A DNA stretch of 64,000 nucleotides from Marsupella aquatica (Eukaryota > Plantae > Marchantiophyta): the NCBI GenBank assembly GCA_973895155.1, contig OZ316896.1, positions 9,993,525 to 10,057,524 on the forward strand, given 5' to 3'. Under the pieces are notes generated by a model, which saw nothing but the letters and a program-made list of their open reading frames with translations, made no database searches and was not told where the DNA came from. Position numbers and translations under genes: made by a program. Numbering within the stretch: the first letter of the stretch is position 1; each line of letters opens with the position of its first letter. Below, piece by piece: positions 1-11,819 of this stretch.

Positions 1-87
1 GTTCTGCATTCTGTGAAGATTGGCATCTTCAGTTCTGCATTCTGTGAAGATAGGCTAAAGACACTGCGTTGGTTGGTTTGCCTGCAG

Positions 88-1701
88 GCGTATAAGAGCA
101 ATTGTTCGGGCGTTACACTAGGAAGTACTGCGTCGCTCTGCAATCCGACAGCGTCACCCGCATCAGACGAGCAATTGACAGCCTTGCTATGCTGTCAGTA
201 CTGCCTTGGGGGTTCAAGTGATCACCTTTCCATAGTGGTGGGTGTAGTGGTGGGTGTAGCGGTCGGGCTGCTTGTGCTGGCGGTGTTGATTTTCCTACGG
301 AGGAGGTTGAAGCCAAGACTGGCCAGAAGCATAAGGAAAGGGCTCGCGTTAAATGATTATTCTTATGATGTGCTCCGTAAAGCCACAAATGGTTTTGCTA
401 CGAAGAACATCATTGGTAAAGGATCATTTGGGGTAGTATACAAAGCGGTTCTTGGAAGTGAAATGGTGGCGGTGAAGCAGTTGTCTAAACCAGCAGATCG
501 AGCCAAAGATTTCGAAGCTGAGATCAAGATCCTTGGTCTTACGAGTCATTCCAATCTAGTTGAGCTGAAAGGGACGTGTTTCCGGCCCACTGAGTGCTTT
601 CTGGTGTACGAATTGGTAGATAGCGGTGATCTGCATAGTTGGCTTTGGCCAGTAGAAAAGAAAAGCGATGCACGTGAGAGTGACAGTGAATGTCGGAGTC
701 AGCGATTTTTGACTTGGAATAAGCGGAGAAAAATTGCCAGGGGAGTCGCCAGAGGACTGAATTATCTGCACCGTGGCCTGCAACCCAACGGGACGGTTTT
801 TCATTTGGACATAAAACCCCGAAACATTCTGGTGGAGTACAACTTCAATCCCAAGATAGCAGACTTTGGCACTTCGCAACTCTACGAGCCGGGTTACACG
901 TTCAAGGCAGCGTCCGTGGTTTGTGGGACGTTTGGGTACATCGCCCCCGAGGTCCTTCAAGGTCAAGTCAAGCCGAACTCCAAGCTAGACGTGTACAGTT
1001 ATGGAATGGTCTTGTTGCAGATCGTGAGTGGGCGGAAGATTAATGACCCTGAAGTGAAACCTTACTTGCTTCAGTGGGCGACAACTCACGTAGAAGATGG
1101 CTACGTCGAGAGGGTGGTGGATCCGAACCTGAGCCTCACAGTGCAGGAGGAGTATAGAGAGGCTCTGATGGCGAACTGTAAACAGTTGATCAACTTAGCA
1201 ATGCGCTGTCTTGCGACTAGACCAGAATTGAGGCCAGAGATGAGTGAAGTTTTGGAGACCATTGACGGTTTACGGGATGTACTTGACCTCGAAACGCCGA
1301 ATACCAGTGAAGAGGACAGATCAGGCCCTGCCGACCATGGAAAGTCTACAGATGTCAAGCTCAAAATGTCCAGGCCTACTGCCAGGCGCTTGATATCTTT
1401 CTCGGGAGAACGCGATGGATCCCAGGATCGATCTTTGAAACGTTTTAGTTCTGAATCTAAAGATGAAGTGAGAAGCATGGAGAGGAACTCTGAAATTGCA
1501 GCGTTAGCTATTTCACCAGCAGATGCTGGAAACAGGCGTGATTACCGTGAAAGTAGTACCAAAGGTAATCAAGATGGTCCTGGTTCTGATGGTGTTCGTA
1601 CATTATCTGTAGATTATTCCTCGCTCAAAAGTGTCCTGGAAGTGCCAAATACGCACATAGATCCGAAGTCCAGGAATTTACGGAGAAGTGCCTCGAGCTA
1701 G
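88..1701 (+). CDS. Receptor-like Ser/Thr kinase, terminal exon (Cys-rich ectodomain end, TM helix, non-RD kinase, long C-terminal tail); 5' part lies outside the window
   Basis: Acceptor ttgcctgcag ends at 87, in frame with ORF 13..1701. TM segment IVVGVVVGVAVGLLVLAVLIFL followed by RRR. Kinase motifs IGKGSFGVVYK, VAVKQL, HLDIKPRNIL, DFG, GTFGYIAPE, DVYSYG. Stop TAG at 1699-1701. Confidence 0.93.
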   Translation, partial: AYKSNCSGVTLGSTASLCNPTASPASDEQLTALLCCQYCLGGSSDHLSIVVGVVVGVAVGLLVLAVLIFLRRRLKPRLARSIRKGLALNDYSYDVLRKATNGFATKNIIGKGSFGVVYKAVLGSEMVAVKQLSKPADRAKDFEAEIKILGLTSHSNLVELKGTCFRPTECFLVYELVDSGDLHSWLWPVEKKSDARESDSECRSQRFLTWNKRRKIARGVARGLNYLHRGLQPNGTVFHLDIKPRNILVEYNFNPKIADFGTSQLYEPGYTFKAASVVCGTFGYIAPEVLQGQVKPNSKLDVYSYGMVLLQIVSGRKINDPEVKPYLLQWATTHVEDGYVERVVDPNLSLTVQEEYREALMANCKQLINLAMRCLATRPELRPEMSEVLETIDGLRDVLDLETPNTSEEDRSGPADHGKSTDVKLKMSRPTARRLISFSGERDGSQDRSLKRFSSESKDEVRSMERNSEIAALAISPADAGNRRDYRESSTKGNQDGPGSDGVRTLSVDYSSLKSVLEVPNTHIDPKSRNLRRSASS

Positions 1702-1867
1702 TACATAATCTTAGCACAAATTGTGCAGTTATAGCCGAAACATCACTGGGAATCCCCATGGCGTGTCCGGGAGGCCATTCGAGTCACATATATAGCAGAA
1801 TGGCAGCCGGCAAATGGGTTCTGGAGCTGTATTCCCTCCGAGATTCTCGCATGGTCGTAGGGGATGG

Positions 1868-1937
1868 CTCATCATGAACACGATGCTTCACATTGAGTGG
1901 GACTCATCATGAACACGATGCTTCACATTGAGTGGGA
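1868..1937. repeat. Tandem duplication of a 35-bp unit
   Basis: ctcatcatgaacacgatgcttcacattgagtggga starts at 1868 and again at 1903. Confidence 0.9.
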
Positions 1938-2440
1938 AATTGTAAAACACCGAAATTGAGCTCGTGATTGAAGCAAAGTACTCCGCATAAGGATGATGGT
2001 CAAGACGACTTTTACTATTGTATAGATCGTGAGAACACCCATCCGCCATGTGGTTGACAGATTCCTCCTCTCCTCTGGTCGCCATGGAATTCTGCTTCAC
2101 TTCGTGGTCATGATACGCAACAGGTTTTTTATGTAAATAATTAATTAATATATTCTTTGTTCAAATATGGTGGTGCCTAAACAGCCCCTAGCCATCTAAA
2201 ACGGGGAAGTGTCCAAGCTTTCTTACTTTTTCATTTCACTCTCATTCCTCTCCTCTTCCATATTGCTCCACAAATTCGGGTAGGATACTATTTATGGTGA
2301 AACCTGGTGTCACTAGGATTCTGTCATGGCTAGTGGTGGTTTAATGACACTAGCAAAAAAGCAATGCTCCCATGGACCCTAGACAGGAACCAGGCAATCC
2401 GGAAATTTCCTTTGACATTGTGACTGAACTGCAGTAGGTC

Positions 2441-2628
2441 TGAGTTGCAAGAACACATGGGAGCATTTTAACAAACATAGAGGTCTATAAGAGTTTCATT
2501 TCAGTGAGTTGCAACAACATGCATTTTGACAAACATAGAGGTCTATAAGAGCTTCATTTGAGTGAGTTGCAACAACATATGGGAGCATTTTGACAAACAT
2601 AGAGGTCCATAAGAGCTTCATTTGAGTG
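2441..2628. repeat. Tandem repeat, 3 copies of a 58-64 bp unit
   Basis: tgagttgcaa...gcatttt(g)acaaacatagaggtc(t/c)ataagag(c/t)ttcattt starts at 2441, 2505 and 2563. Confidence 0.9.
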
Positions 2629-5065
2629 TGAATGTCCAGTTTGGAGATCCTTTTGAAAATAAGAGGTGACAGAGTATATTCAAGGCAGGTGCCATTTGCT
2701 CACAGTCACCCTACCCAAATCCTAGTTTTCCACCTTACCTCCCACAGTCATGGTCTAGAGGTTCAATCTAGACACTAGGATCTTAAGAGTAGCCTTTGAT
2801 CATAATTGTATACATATATTAGAGGGGCCTTACAAGGCTAGGATTGAAAAATTAAGGATGAAAGATACTAGCAGGGTAATTAATGTTGCCTGCCTGTGCT
2901 AGATCAGGTCATGCAGATAAACACCAGGCAGAAGGTGGTCTTGCTATCAGTTGGCCCCTGGCTAGGTGGTACATAGAGTTCATTGAGACGGCCAGGCAGG
3001 TATTATGCTGGCGTGAAAGTGTTTTATCATTCACCTCACCCAAAAGTGTTGTTCATTCATTTTTATTAACACTTGTAGAGTAATAGTGAACCTCAAGATT
3101 ACCTTTTGTAATGAATACAGAAAAAGATGATTAGGTACATACTACATTTAATAGTGTCTTGATTAATGAGATGAAACTTTCAAAATACCACCTTTCAAAA
3201 TACGGCCTCAAGAGGTGATCTAAACTACACTATCCAAATCACCAACTTGGGGGACCTGCTCGTCCATGTAGGCTTTTAAAGAAGTCCTTGTAATATTGAT
3301 AGATTTCTTTTACAAATGATTTCTCAATGAGGCAAGGAAGTTGCTCAAACATATCATGTGTAGTTGCGCGCAGCCATGTCATTGTAGTCATGTGATCTTT
3401 GTGCCCATGAGATAATTGAGGCCATGATTATATTGTTGTTACATCCATGCGGAAAATAGTCAAAGAATAAAAGTAAATTATCTCAATGAAGACATAATGC
3501 ACAAGTTGTTTATATACAAATGTAAGGCCATGTTCTTCAATGCCCGTGAGATTAAAAATTATTCAAGTTATTCATTTTCTTTGAAAGTAAACATAAGGGC
3601 CAAAGAAACAGGTAAGTCTGGGTATTAAAAGGCACGTGGGCAAGGCTAGGTACAGGCACAGACGGCAAGGAAGTTTCCCTCCTTGCCGCGGGGCTGAGGT
3701 AGCATGAGCATGGGTTGCCAGGCAGCACAGCGGGTGAGGCCCGGGTGAGGCTGCAGAGTGATCCAGGGCAAGGCTGCCACATGAGGCAAATGGTGATTGA
3801 AGTGGGGGGGGTGGGGCTCCTATTGGGTTGTTGTGAGTGACCTGGGCACAGTGGGGGGGGGGGGTTTGCAAAACTAGGGAAATCTCACTCTTCGGAGCTC
3901 CACTCCTCTTGCACCTCTAAATTGCTCCTTCACTCATCCCCACAGTGTCACTCACCTGGATTCCTCCACTCACCTCCACCATGTTGTGTTGCACTACTTA
4001 GCACCCGGGCAGCGCAGACTGAACAGACAGGAGAATTTCCAAAATTGAGACTGTCTGTAACTCAAACGAGAGTCTTCTACTAACTCTCAACTCAATAATA
4101 TTCAAGAAATAGAAAATGGTCATGACTTGCATGGAAACAAACTTGGCCCTGCACAAAACTTGCATTGAAATACCACATTCACAATTCACATTGACTGCGT
4201 CCACTCCCTATTCCAAGCAACTAGCTCAAGAAAAATCCAGAAACAGGAGAAATGATCACGATTTGAATGCCCGCTTGCATGGAAACAAATTTGAAACAGG
4301 ATATTGTCGTTAGCCTGGCCCGCTTCAAGAAATTCATCATCCCCTGCACAACTTCAAAGCATTCAAAACTGACATTGAACTGACTGCAAACCCTCCTTGC
4401 TCCCCGCCTGCTCCAAGCCACCTGCCATTTTCTGCTCAAACATTGCTCCATCTCCAATCGAAAACATGCACCTCTACTGAAAATGAGTGCATCAAACACA
4501 AGCACTCTCTAATTGGCGCTACCACTCGTAGTGTCTTGTCTACTCAAACTTAAATCAAGAAAAGTTGAATGACCCGACCCAATTCTGTGCCCCAGTCATT
4601 CTTTACCCAGTTCTTTTACCCTTCGCGCTGCTCAAAGTTTATCATTGTTGACCGGTAACCAGGACTGAGATCAAGATTACATACGTTTAGGACGCTCTTG
4701 GTCGTCTGTTACTAGGTTGTACCGGCTCTCCCCGATTCCTCACAATCACTCCCCGCTACCATCAGTCACAACTGTGTCAGAACCTGGTCGGCCCGCTACA
4801 ACCTAGTAACAGTCGACCAGACCGTCATTATCCTAGTCCAAATGGAGAGCTGCAACATTGGGGCTCGATCCTGTTGGGTTGTTGTGAGTGACCTGGGCAC
4901 GGTGGGGGACAGGGCAAAACTAGGGCCTGTGGGCTGCTCCCGCTAAAGTTGCCTTTGGCCAGGCCCATAGCCTACTGGCAGGAGTGCACTTTGTTTATCT
5001 GCCCTAGTGGAGGGCTACCAGGCTTTTGGCTATGTGATCTTCTTGTTCCCTTCTTTTCGTTGGCT

Positions 5066-5580
5066 TTAGTTGGGTCTTTAGCTGGGTGTCCTGCCTTTGG
5101 AATCCTGCATTCTAACTTCTTTCTCCCTTGTTTTATTGGCTTTAATTGGGTTAGTTAGTTTGGTATCCTGCCTATGAAATCCTGCACTCTTCTTTTTCCC
5201 TTGTTTTCTTGGCTTCAGTTGGGTCATTAGTTGGGTCTCCTGCCTTTGCACTCTTCTTTCTCCCTTGTTTCTTGGCTTCAGTTGGGTCATGAGTTGGGTC
5301 TCCTGCCTTTGCACTCTTCTTTCTCCCTTGTTTTCTTGGCTTCAGTTGGGTCATGACTTGGTTCATGAGTTGGGTCTCCTGCCTTTGCACTCTTCGTTTT
5401 CCTTTGTTTTCTTAGCTTTCGTGGGGTCTTTAGTGGGGTCTCAAGTTGGGTGTCCTGCCTTTGCACTCTTCTTTTTCGCATGTTTTCTGAGCTTTAGTGG
5501 GGTCTTTAGTTGGGTCTCGTGCCGTTGGAATCCTGCACTCTTCTTTTCCCCTTGTTTTCGTGCTTTTGGGGCTTTGGGTG
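5066..5580. repeat. Minisatellite, ~63-76 bp unit, about 7 degenerate copies, just upstream of the release-factor gene
   Basis: Recurrent tcctgcctttgcactcttctttctcccttgttttcttggcttcagttgggtc, e.g. at 5238, 5301 and 5377. It accounts for the repetitive ORFs at 5078-5671. Confidence 0.9.
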
Positions 5581-5837
5581 ATCCATCAGATTGACCATAT
5601 CTGATCCCCAGCCACCATAGCTCCCCATTTTCCGACTTCCTCGGACCCAGTTGCTCCCTAAGGGCTGGCAAATCTCGTGTTAACTACAGAAACAAGGGTC
5701 TAAAAGCTTTGAAGGTTTATGGGTCTCAACTCGGAAGAGCATCAATTTGACATGTCCTAGCACCGTGCAGCAAAGATTGAGCAACGAGAAATTGAACAAT
5801 CCGGAACTCCGTGTGTGGGCAGAGCGGGCTCCATGAA

Positions 5838-8666
5838 ATGACGGCATTCGTGCAAGAGCTTAGCTTCAGGCTTTCTCTGTTCACCCGTTCGATACATCTC
5901 TCTACATTGAGGAGAGAATCCTCTAGACCTCTCTGTGGGCGGTATCGCAGTCTTCACATTCGCACCTGCTCTTCTACTTCTCTTCCATTCACTTGCTCGT
6001 CTTATTCTTCATCCTCCTCTGTTCCAATCCTAGACTCCGACTTTCCAATTCGGCTATTCGGTAGATTGTCGTCTCACAGACATCTCTCGGATGACTCTAA
6101 GCTGGGTGCTTTGGGAAGAAGTGACCGGGCGGGGCCATCAGCGAAGACAGATGATCTTGCATTTGCTGCTGGCTTGAAATTCAGTGATGACGACGACGAC
6201 GTTGATTCGCCAACAGAGGACCTTTTCTCTGATACTACTTCTGAAGAAACTGAGGACGACAGAGACGTGACCAAAGAAAGTGCACACTTCGGCGATTCCG
6301 GGGTCTATGTGAAATTCGTGCAGAAGGAAGGGTCTAGTACAAAAGAAGTACAAGCTCCGAACTATTTGACGATGACAGACAAACAGCTATTCGCACAGTG
6401 CAGGATGGATACGTACAGAGCGTCTGGGCCTGGAGGGCAGCACCGTAACAAGACTGACAGTGCTGTTAGGCTCACGCACATTCCTACAGGTTTGGTGTCC
6501 CAGGTGAAATTTCCTGATTTCGCATTATTTTCTCGTTGAATTCCTGTTTTTGTATGACTGTTATCATTTTGATTTCCCCCTGGCTCTTGATAAACCATCA
6601 TAAACGCAGAAAGATTGTTCGTTCTTCCTTTGTTCTTCATTGACGGCATAGGATGTGACACGAGTCTTTTTCCTGCTAACTTGGAGAAGACAATCATTTA
6701 TGTTGCCTTCATGTGCGCCGCAGTAGACAAGTTTTGCAGCCTCATAGATTGGGTCCCTCTGTTAGGGCTCCAAATTAGGTCAAGCCAATGGCTGATCAGG
6801 CGCTAGACGCATTAGATCGAGTCCTTGTGGTAGCGATATGGTCAACTGGTCTTTGCTTTTAATTAGTCCGAAATATGCAGGCGTGTAAACCGTTTCAACG
6901 CATGAACTTACTTCATTTAAGAATTTGCTAGCAGACCATTTGTTACAGCGAGTTAATTGGGACGGAAGAAAATTGTTCAAATATCGTGGAGTTGTTTGAT
7001 TCATTACTTGCAAATTTGTCCACTCTAGTAATTCTAATAATTCTGACAGAACTTCTAACCGTGTGATTTAAATTTCTCACATGAATGCAGGCTGCCGATG
7101 ATAGATCACAGCACATTAATCGTTCATTAGCATTGACTCGGTTGCGACAAATTATTGCCTTGGAAGGTACAACTCAGTAGATGTTCTTACTCGGGATGAT
7201 ATGCTTTGCCATTTGGTGCCACCGTAAATTCCTTGAACTGGTTACTTTTTCTTCTGTGAAGAAATCACTGTTCAGGAAGCCTAAGAGAATGCAACTTTGG
7301 CATCAGTCAGGGATCCTGTGGAATTAGAGGGGTACAAGCCACCTCTGGAGTTGTTGCGCATATTGCCGAGTGGAACAGGAGGAAAAAGAGGGAATTCACA
7401 GAGGATTGGGCCCAATCATCCCGATTTTGTTCTCGTAATACTCTCAATACTCCTCACTGCTTTTGGCGTTTTGAGACCTCATGCAACAGCTCATTATAGC
7501 AACATCTATGCAGATTCCTATCAATGTCTTTGTGAAGAGTCCAGCGAACGTGACCTTTCGTTCTTTGCAATATTTTGTTTAGTCAAAGTTTAACTCAAAA
7601 TTATTGTGTAGGGTATGAAAGCGTTGATGGACCTGCTGTATGCCGCTGGTGGTTCAGTTTCAGATGCAGGAAAAGTTCTTGGGTACCAAACAAACTTTTT
7701 ACATACATTTGTCGTTGTTTGCACAATGTCAAGTTGTTTTCCGTGAGCACCAATCAGTATTTCTTTCTTAAATATACGTCTCAATAAGAGCACTTCGTGA
7801 GGTAGAGTTTCCTGGTAATCATTGTGCAAGATTCTGTTTCTATGCTTACAAGAAAAAACATATGTAAAGAATGTATAAGAATCTTGCACAATGCTTACAA
7901 GAATGTAAGTGCAAGATTCTGTTGCAGCTGCAGGCCAATACTCAGACAGGCTCTGTTGCGAAGTTTTCTCCCAACACATGGCAGTCTATTGTTGGTAGAT
8001 CCTAGGATTTCTGTGTGCCATTTTATGTTCAAGTACACCCCATGTAGAGTCATATCATGAATAGTTGTACAGTCTGCATTTTCTAGTCAAATTCAACTTT
8101 TAATTTGATACCCTTTTCACGGTAGTGAGACTGTCAAACTGAATTTGAGGTCGATCAAAGTACATGCAGTAATGAAGAAAAATGTTGTTTTGAGTTTTTC
8201 GGAATATTTCAATTGAACGTGCTCGCTATCTGAGATTGAATAAATATATGCAGGATAACCACTGGTGCGTTGTCCAAGCTTATTACATCAAATAATCTTT
8301 TATGGCAAGGAATGAACAAACTCCGTTCCTCGAAGGTAAGCTTGTCGATTGTAGGCAGTAAACAAGCTAATGACATCCTTTAAAACGGAGTGGGGAGGAC
8401 ACTTAAGATTATCATCTGAGAGGTTGATGATCGCCAGAGTCGGGGGGAATCATTAACATCTCAGATTGCATGGGCATGGGATCATCGTTATAAAGTCGAG
8501 AAGTTTGCCGAAATGGCTTTGCATTCTTTTAGGTGTTTTCTTTTAGGTGTTTCCCATGAGCTAACCCCGCATTCATTTAACAACTCTGCGATACGGATCG
8601 CTTATAATTTATTTATGCCCGGAACGCTTTTGATTGTGTTTTTAGGGTCTGAAGCCTCTGAGATAA
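5838..8666 (+). CDS. Class I peptide chain release factor-like protein (RF-1/GGQ domain, peptidyl-tRNA hydrolase type), probably organelle-targeted; ~347 aa, 6 exons
   Basis: Exons 5838-6503, 7091-7166, 7307-7434, 7612-7682, 8254-8335, 8646-8666. All introns are GT-AG and the total of 1044 nt is in frame. Motif [36 protein letters not shown]; C-terminus GALSKLITS...GLKPLR*. The Ser/Arg-rich N-terminus resembles a transit peptide. Confidence 0.9.
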
Positions 8667-11600
8667 TGTCATAGGCGTGTTGCCTCTTCTGTTGCAGCTC
8701 ATTTTGAATCAGATGTAAGTTTCAAATTTCTGTTATGAGATTAACCAACAACGATCCATTTTCATTTCGTTGATTGCACTTGTCAGCTAACGGCAATTTT
8801 TCTTCTATCTATACTACTGCTCCTAAATAATTATTCCGTATCATGCAGTTTCCTGAGCAAGGTGGACCTGGTGATACTCACCTGTTTGTAGGTAGCGCAA
8901 AGGAGAGTTTCTTTTTAACAGTTTAATGTAATGAGAAGCGAGAGCAGGGGTCCGAATCTTACGTTACTCCCGATTGCTAGTGAATATCAAAACGCTTTTT
9001 GATAGGAAAAGTCATGTTCGTTGAGGAGTTGAAGACTCAAAAACAAATTTTAAGGTTTCTGGGTATAGGTCTTCGGCAAAGTTAGTTGCTTCCGGGACTG
9101 TTATTCGAGATACAGATCGTATTTTACATCGACTTCGCATTTACCCCCAATTTAGATCAGTGAATTACTCTGACTTTTGATCGTGCTGAAGACGCGTAAT
9201 GTTTTTGACAAGGAGAGTGGTATGCAGCAGCCAGTAATTGAATATATATTTTTTCCATGTTCCTGTACACCTATTTTCAACGACAGAGAGGCTCTAAAGA
9301 GTCATATTCTTTTATGCAACAGTTTATTGGCTTATGGTCACCAATTCCTGCAAAGGAGATTGTGTGGATGTCATTCCCTTCGGATCAGCCTTTGCACTCT
9401 GTATGTGACTGTTCTTCTATTCCTCTCAAAAAAACTGAACTAAACAATATCTCGTCTTTGCACTCTGAATTTCATGTTCAGGCACTAGCTTTCTACTCGC
9501 ATCATTTCTTTCATCAGATTATTGTTCAAGCAGAGTATTTTGTTGTTTCCTTCCAGCAAATTGTCCACCTGACGGAGCAAGCTGATTGAAGGACGGCCTG
9601 CGATTAATGTTGCCACGTAACTATGACAATTCCTGGATAGTCTGAGGATTGACTTTTACTTGGGGATATACTGTGAAATAGACCCTATTACAGTTTTACT
9701 TTTTAAAGGGGGGAACTGCCATTGAGCACAACATTAACTATTCTTCGAAGGGGTGAGACATCCGAGAGGTGAGGCAGTGGGTTTATAGTCATGTTCCATT
9801 GCTCACCCTCCTATGCAGCTACCCCGGAGCTATACCAGGTTCTTCAGTTTGCTGTAGGCTAGGGTCTTAGGTTTCAGGGTTGCTTGTTTTTTGCCATTTT
9901 GATTTGGCTTTTTGGGCCTTTGGGCTTCCTGGTGGGCCCTTGATTGGGTCTTTAGCCTTTGGGATAGTGTCTAGTTGGGAGCTCTTTGTTCTTTGGCGGT
10001 TTGCTATATTTATTATATTTGTTTTACCCTGAGCACCATGAATAACTTGACTCATTAACATTACGAAACTCACATGGGGAGCAGTTTTCTAACAATACAC
10101 TAGCATATGAATGTGAGCAAGCGACTCGTATATGGTATATGTTATCCAAGACAAATAGTCTCCCTTTCTCCGTAGAACTCGGTCTACGGGGTGATCCATT
10201 GTTCACCTTGGAGGCGTTTTGTCTACAGCATTTGCAAAGGAAATGTTCCGAATTTGACAAAGGGCAGAAGAACGGCAGCTTAGAAAGTCATCGAAATTGG
10301 ACGACTTGTGATGATTTGAAGTTGTCACAGACAATCCTTGAGGTGCTTCGGTTTCTGGTTGGTATTTCCTCTCAAGAATGTACCAATGACGGTAAGTTGA
10401 TTTCTTCATCAAGATTACGGAAGTTGTTTTCTTCATTAGGATTTACGGAAGTTGCTTTTGCTCTTTCCATTCCATAAGATAAGTTGCTTGAATTCTATGC
10501 TGGACTTGAGAAGGACACTAGAGGGAAACATCCGCTACATGTATTCCGTCATGGTTGGATCTTATGTTGCACTAGAGAAGGACACTTCTCGAGGGAAGCA
10601 TCCCCTACATGTATACCCTCTTGGTTTTGGATTTTGGACCTAAGGAGTTTGAGAACCCGCTCGTGAGAATTGAAGCAACATTGATGAATCTCAGGGGATT
10701 CGAATACAGATTAAAGAGAATTTTGAAGCACCATGGAGACGAGGTTCCTGTGAATTGAAGAACACTGACGAATTGCAGGACATGTCAACACACGTTTGAG
10801 GAGACCAACTCTCATGCAGCAAGGACGTGGTCCTTTTGGATAGAATCGATGATGATGAATTGGGGCAGGAGATTTTCAAGCGCAGACAGGGACAATTTGG
10901 GACCAGAAAATATGGTCGAATTACCAAACATATATTTCAGATAATTGTCAGATGATTGAATGATGAAATCAGCGATTGATGACATCAGCATATTTCGCAG
11001 TGTGAACAATTATAGTTTAAATCATGTCAAGTTTTAGATAAGTTGATACAAATCAGTATCAAAACCAATGGTACCAACTGAGTCCACACAGATTAATTGA
11101 AAAATTTGGCAAAGCCAGCATAAGCAGTAGAAGTACTTCTACCACTAATTGGCCAGCAGTGCAAGTAATCGTCAAATTTTGGATTTGCTAGAAAGAAACT
11201 CGACAGAATGAGTTCTCATATTTCCCTAATAGTGAGATCACAGAACGATACAATTCAATTGACCCTTTCACACATTCTCAAATTCTAAACACACTCGCTC
11301 CATTTATGAACGGGATAGATCTCTCGTCTCTCGCAAAATCCGGCAGCTCACGAAGTACGTTGTCGTTTAAATCAACTCCCAAAGTCAAAGACACTGATTG
11401 CTACTTCCTGTTTGGCTTTCTACCCCCTATCTCTCGGCTTGCTCCGTTCCCAGAGCCATTTGAATTGACAGTATCATTTAAAAGATTTCACCGTCTACCT
11501 CTCGCTCTACTCATCACTTTGAGGCCCATCGGAGAGCAGCAGCCGCTACACGAGTTCTGCCCTGGATTTGAGCTTTCTATTCATGGCTGCTTGTTTGTCT

Positions 11601-11819
11601 ACAGGAGCAGATCATAATGGGTAAAGGCATTCACGGATCAGAGGATCCAATAAATGATACGATTGTATCTTCCCCACAAGGGTTCAGATATTTAAACGAT
11701 TTTACGGTTTTTCAGAAACAGCAAGCTAGCTAAGTATTGCTGTTGTGTTCACACAGTCGAATTCTTCGATTCAAATGGACGTTCGTCCTAGAGAAACCAC
11801 CCGGGAACTGTTGCTTCTC

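Noticed and set aside
13-87. ORF-track N-terminus of the kinase, and the GTG/TTG starts at 5811, 17588 and 63520
   Set aside because: These are bacterial-style start calls. The sequence is intron or UTR, and splice acceptors or downstream ATGs explain the frames better.
5078-5671. Repetitive ORFs (QRQETQLMTQLKPRK..., AKAGDPTHDPTEAKK...)
   Set aside because: They are translations of the minisatellite, open in several frames on both strands.
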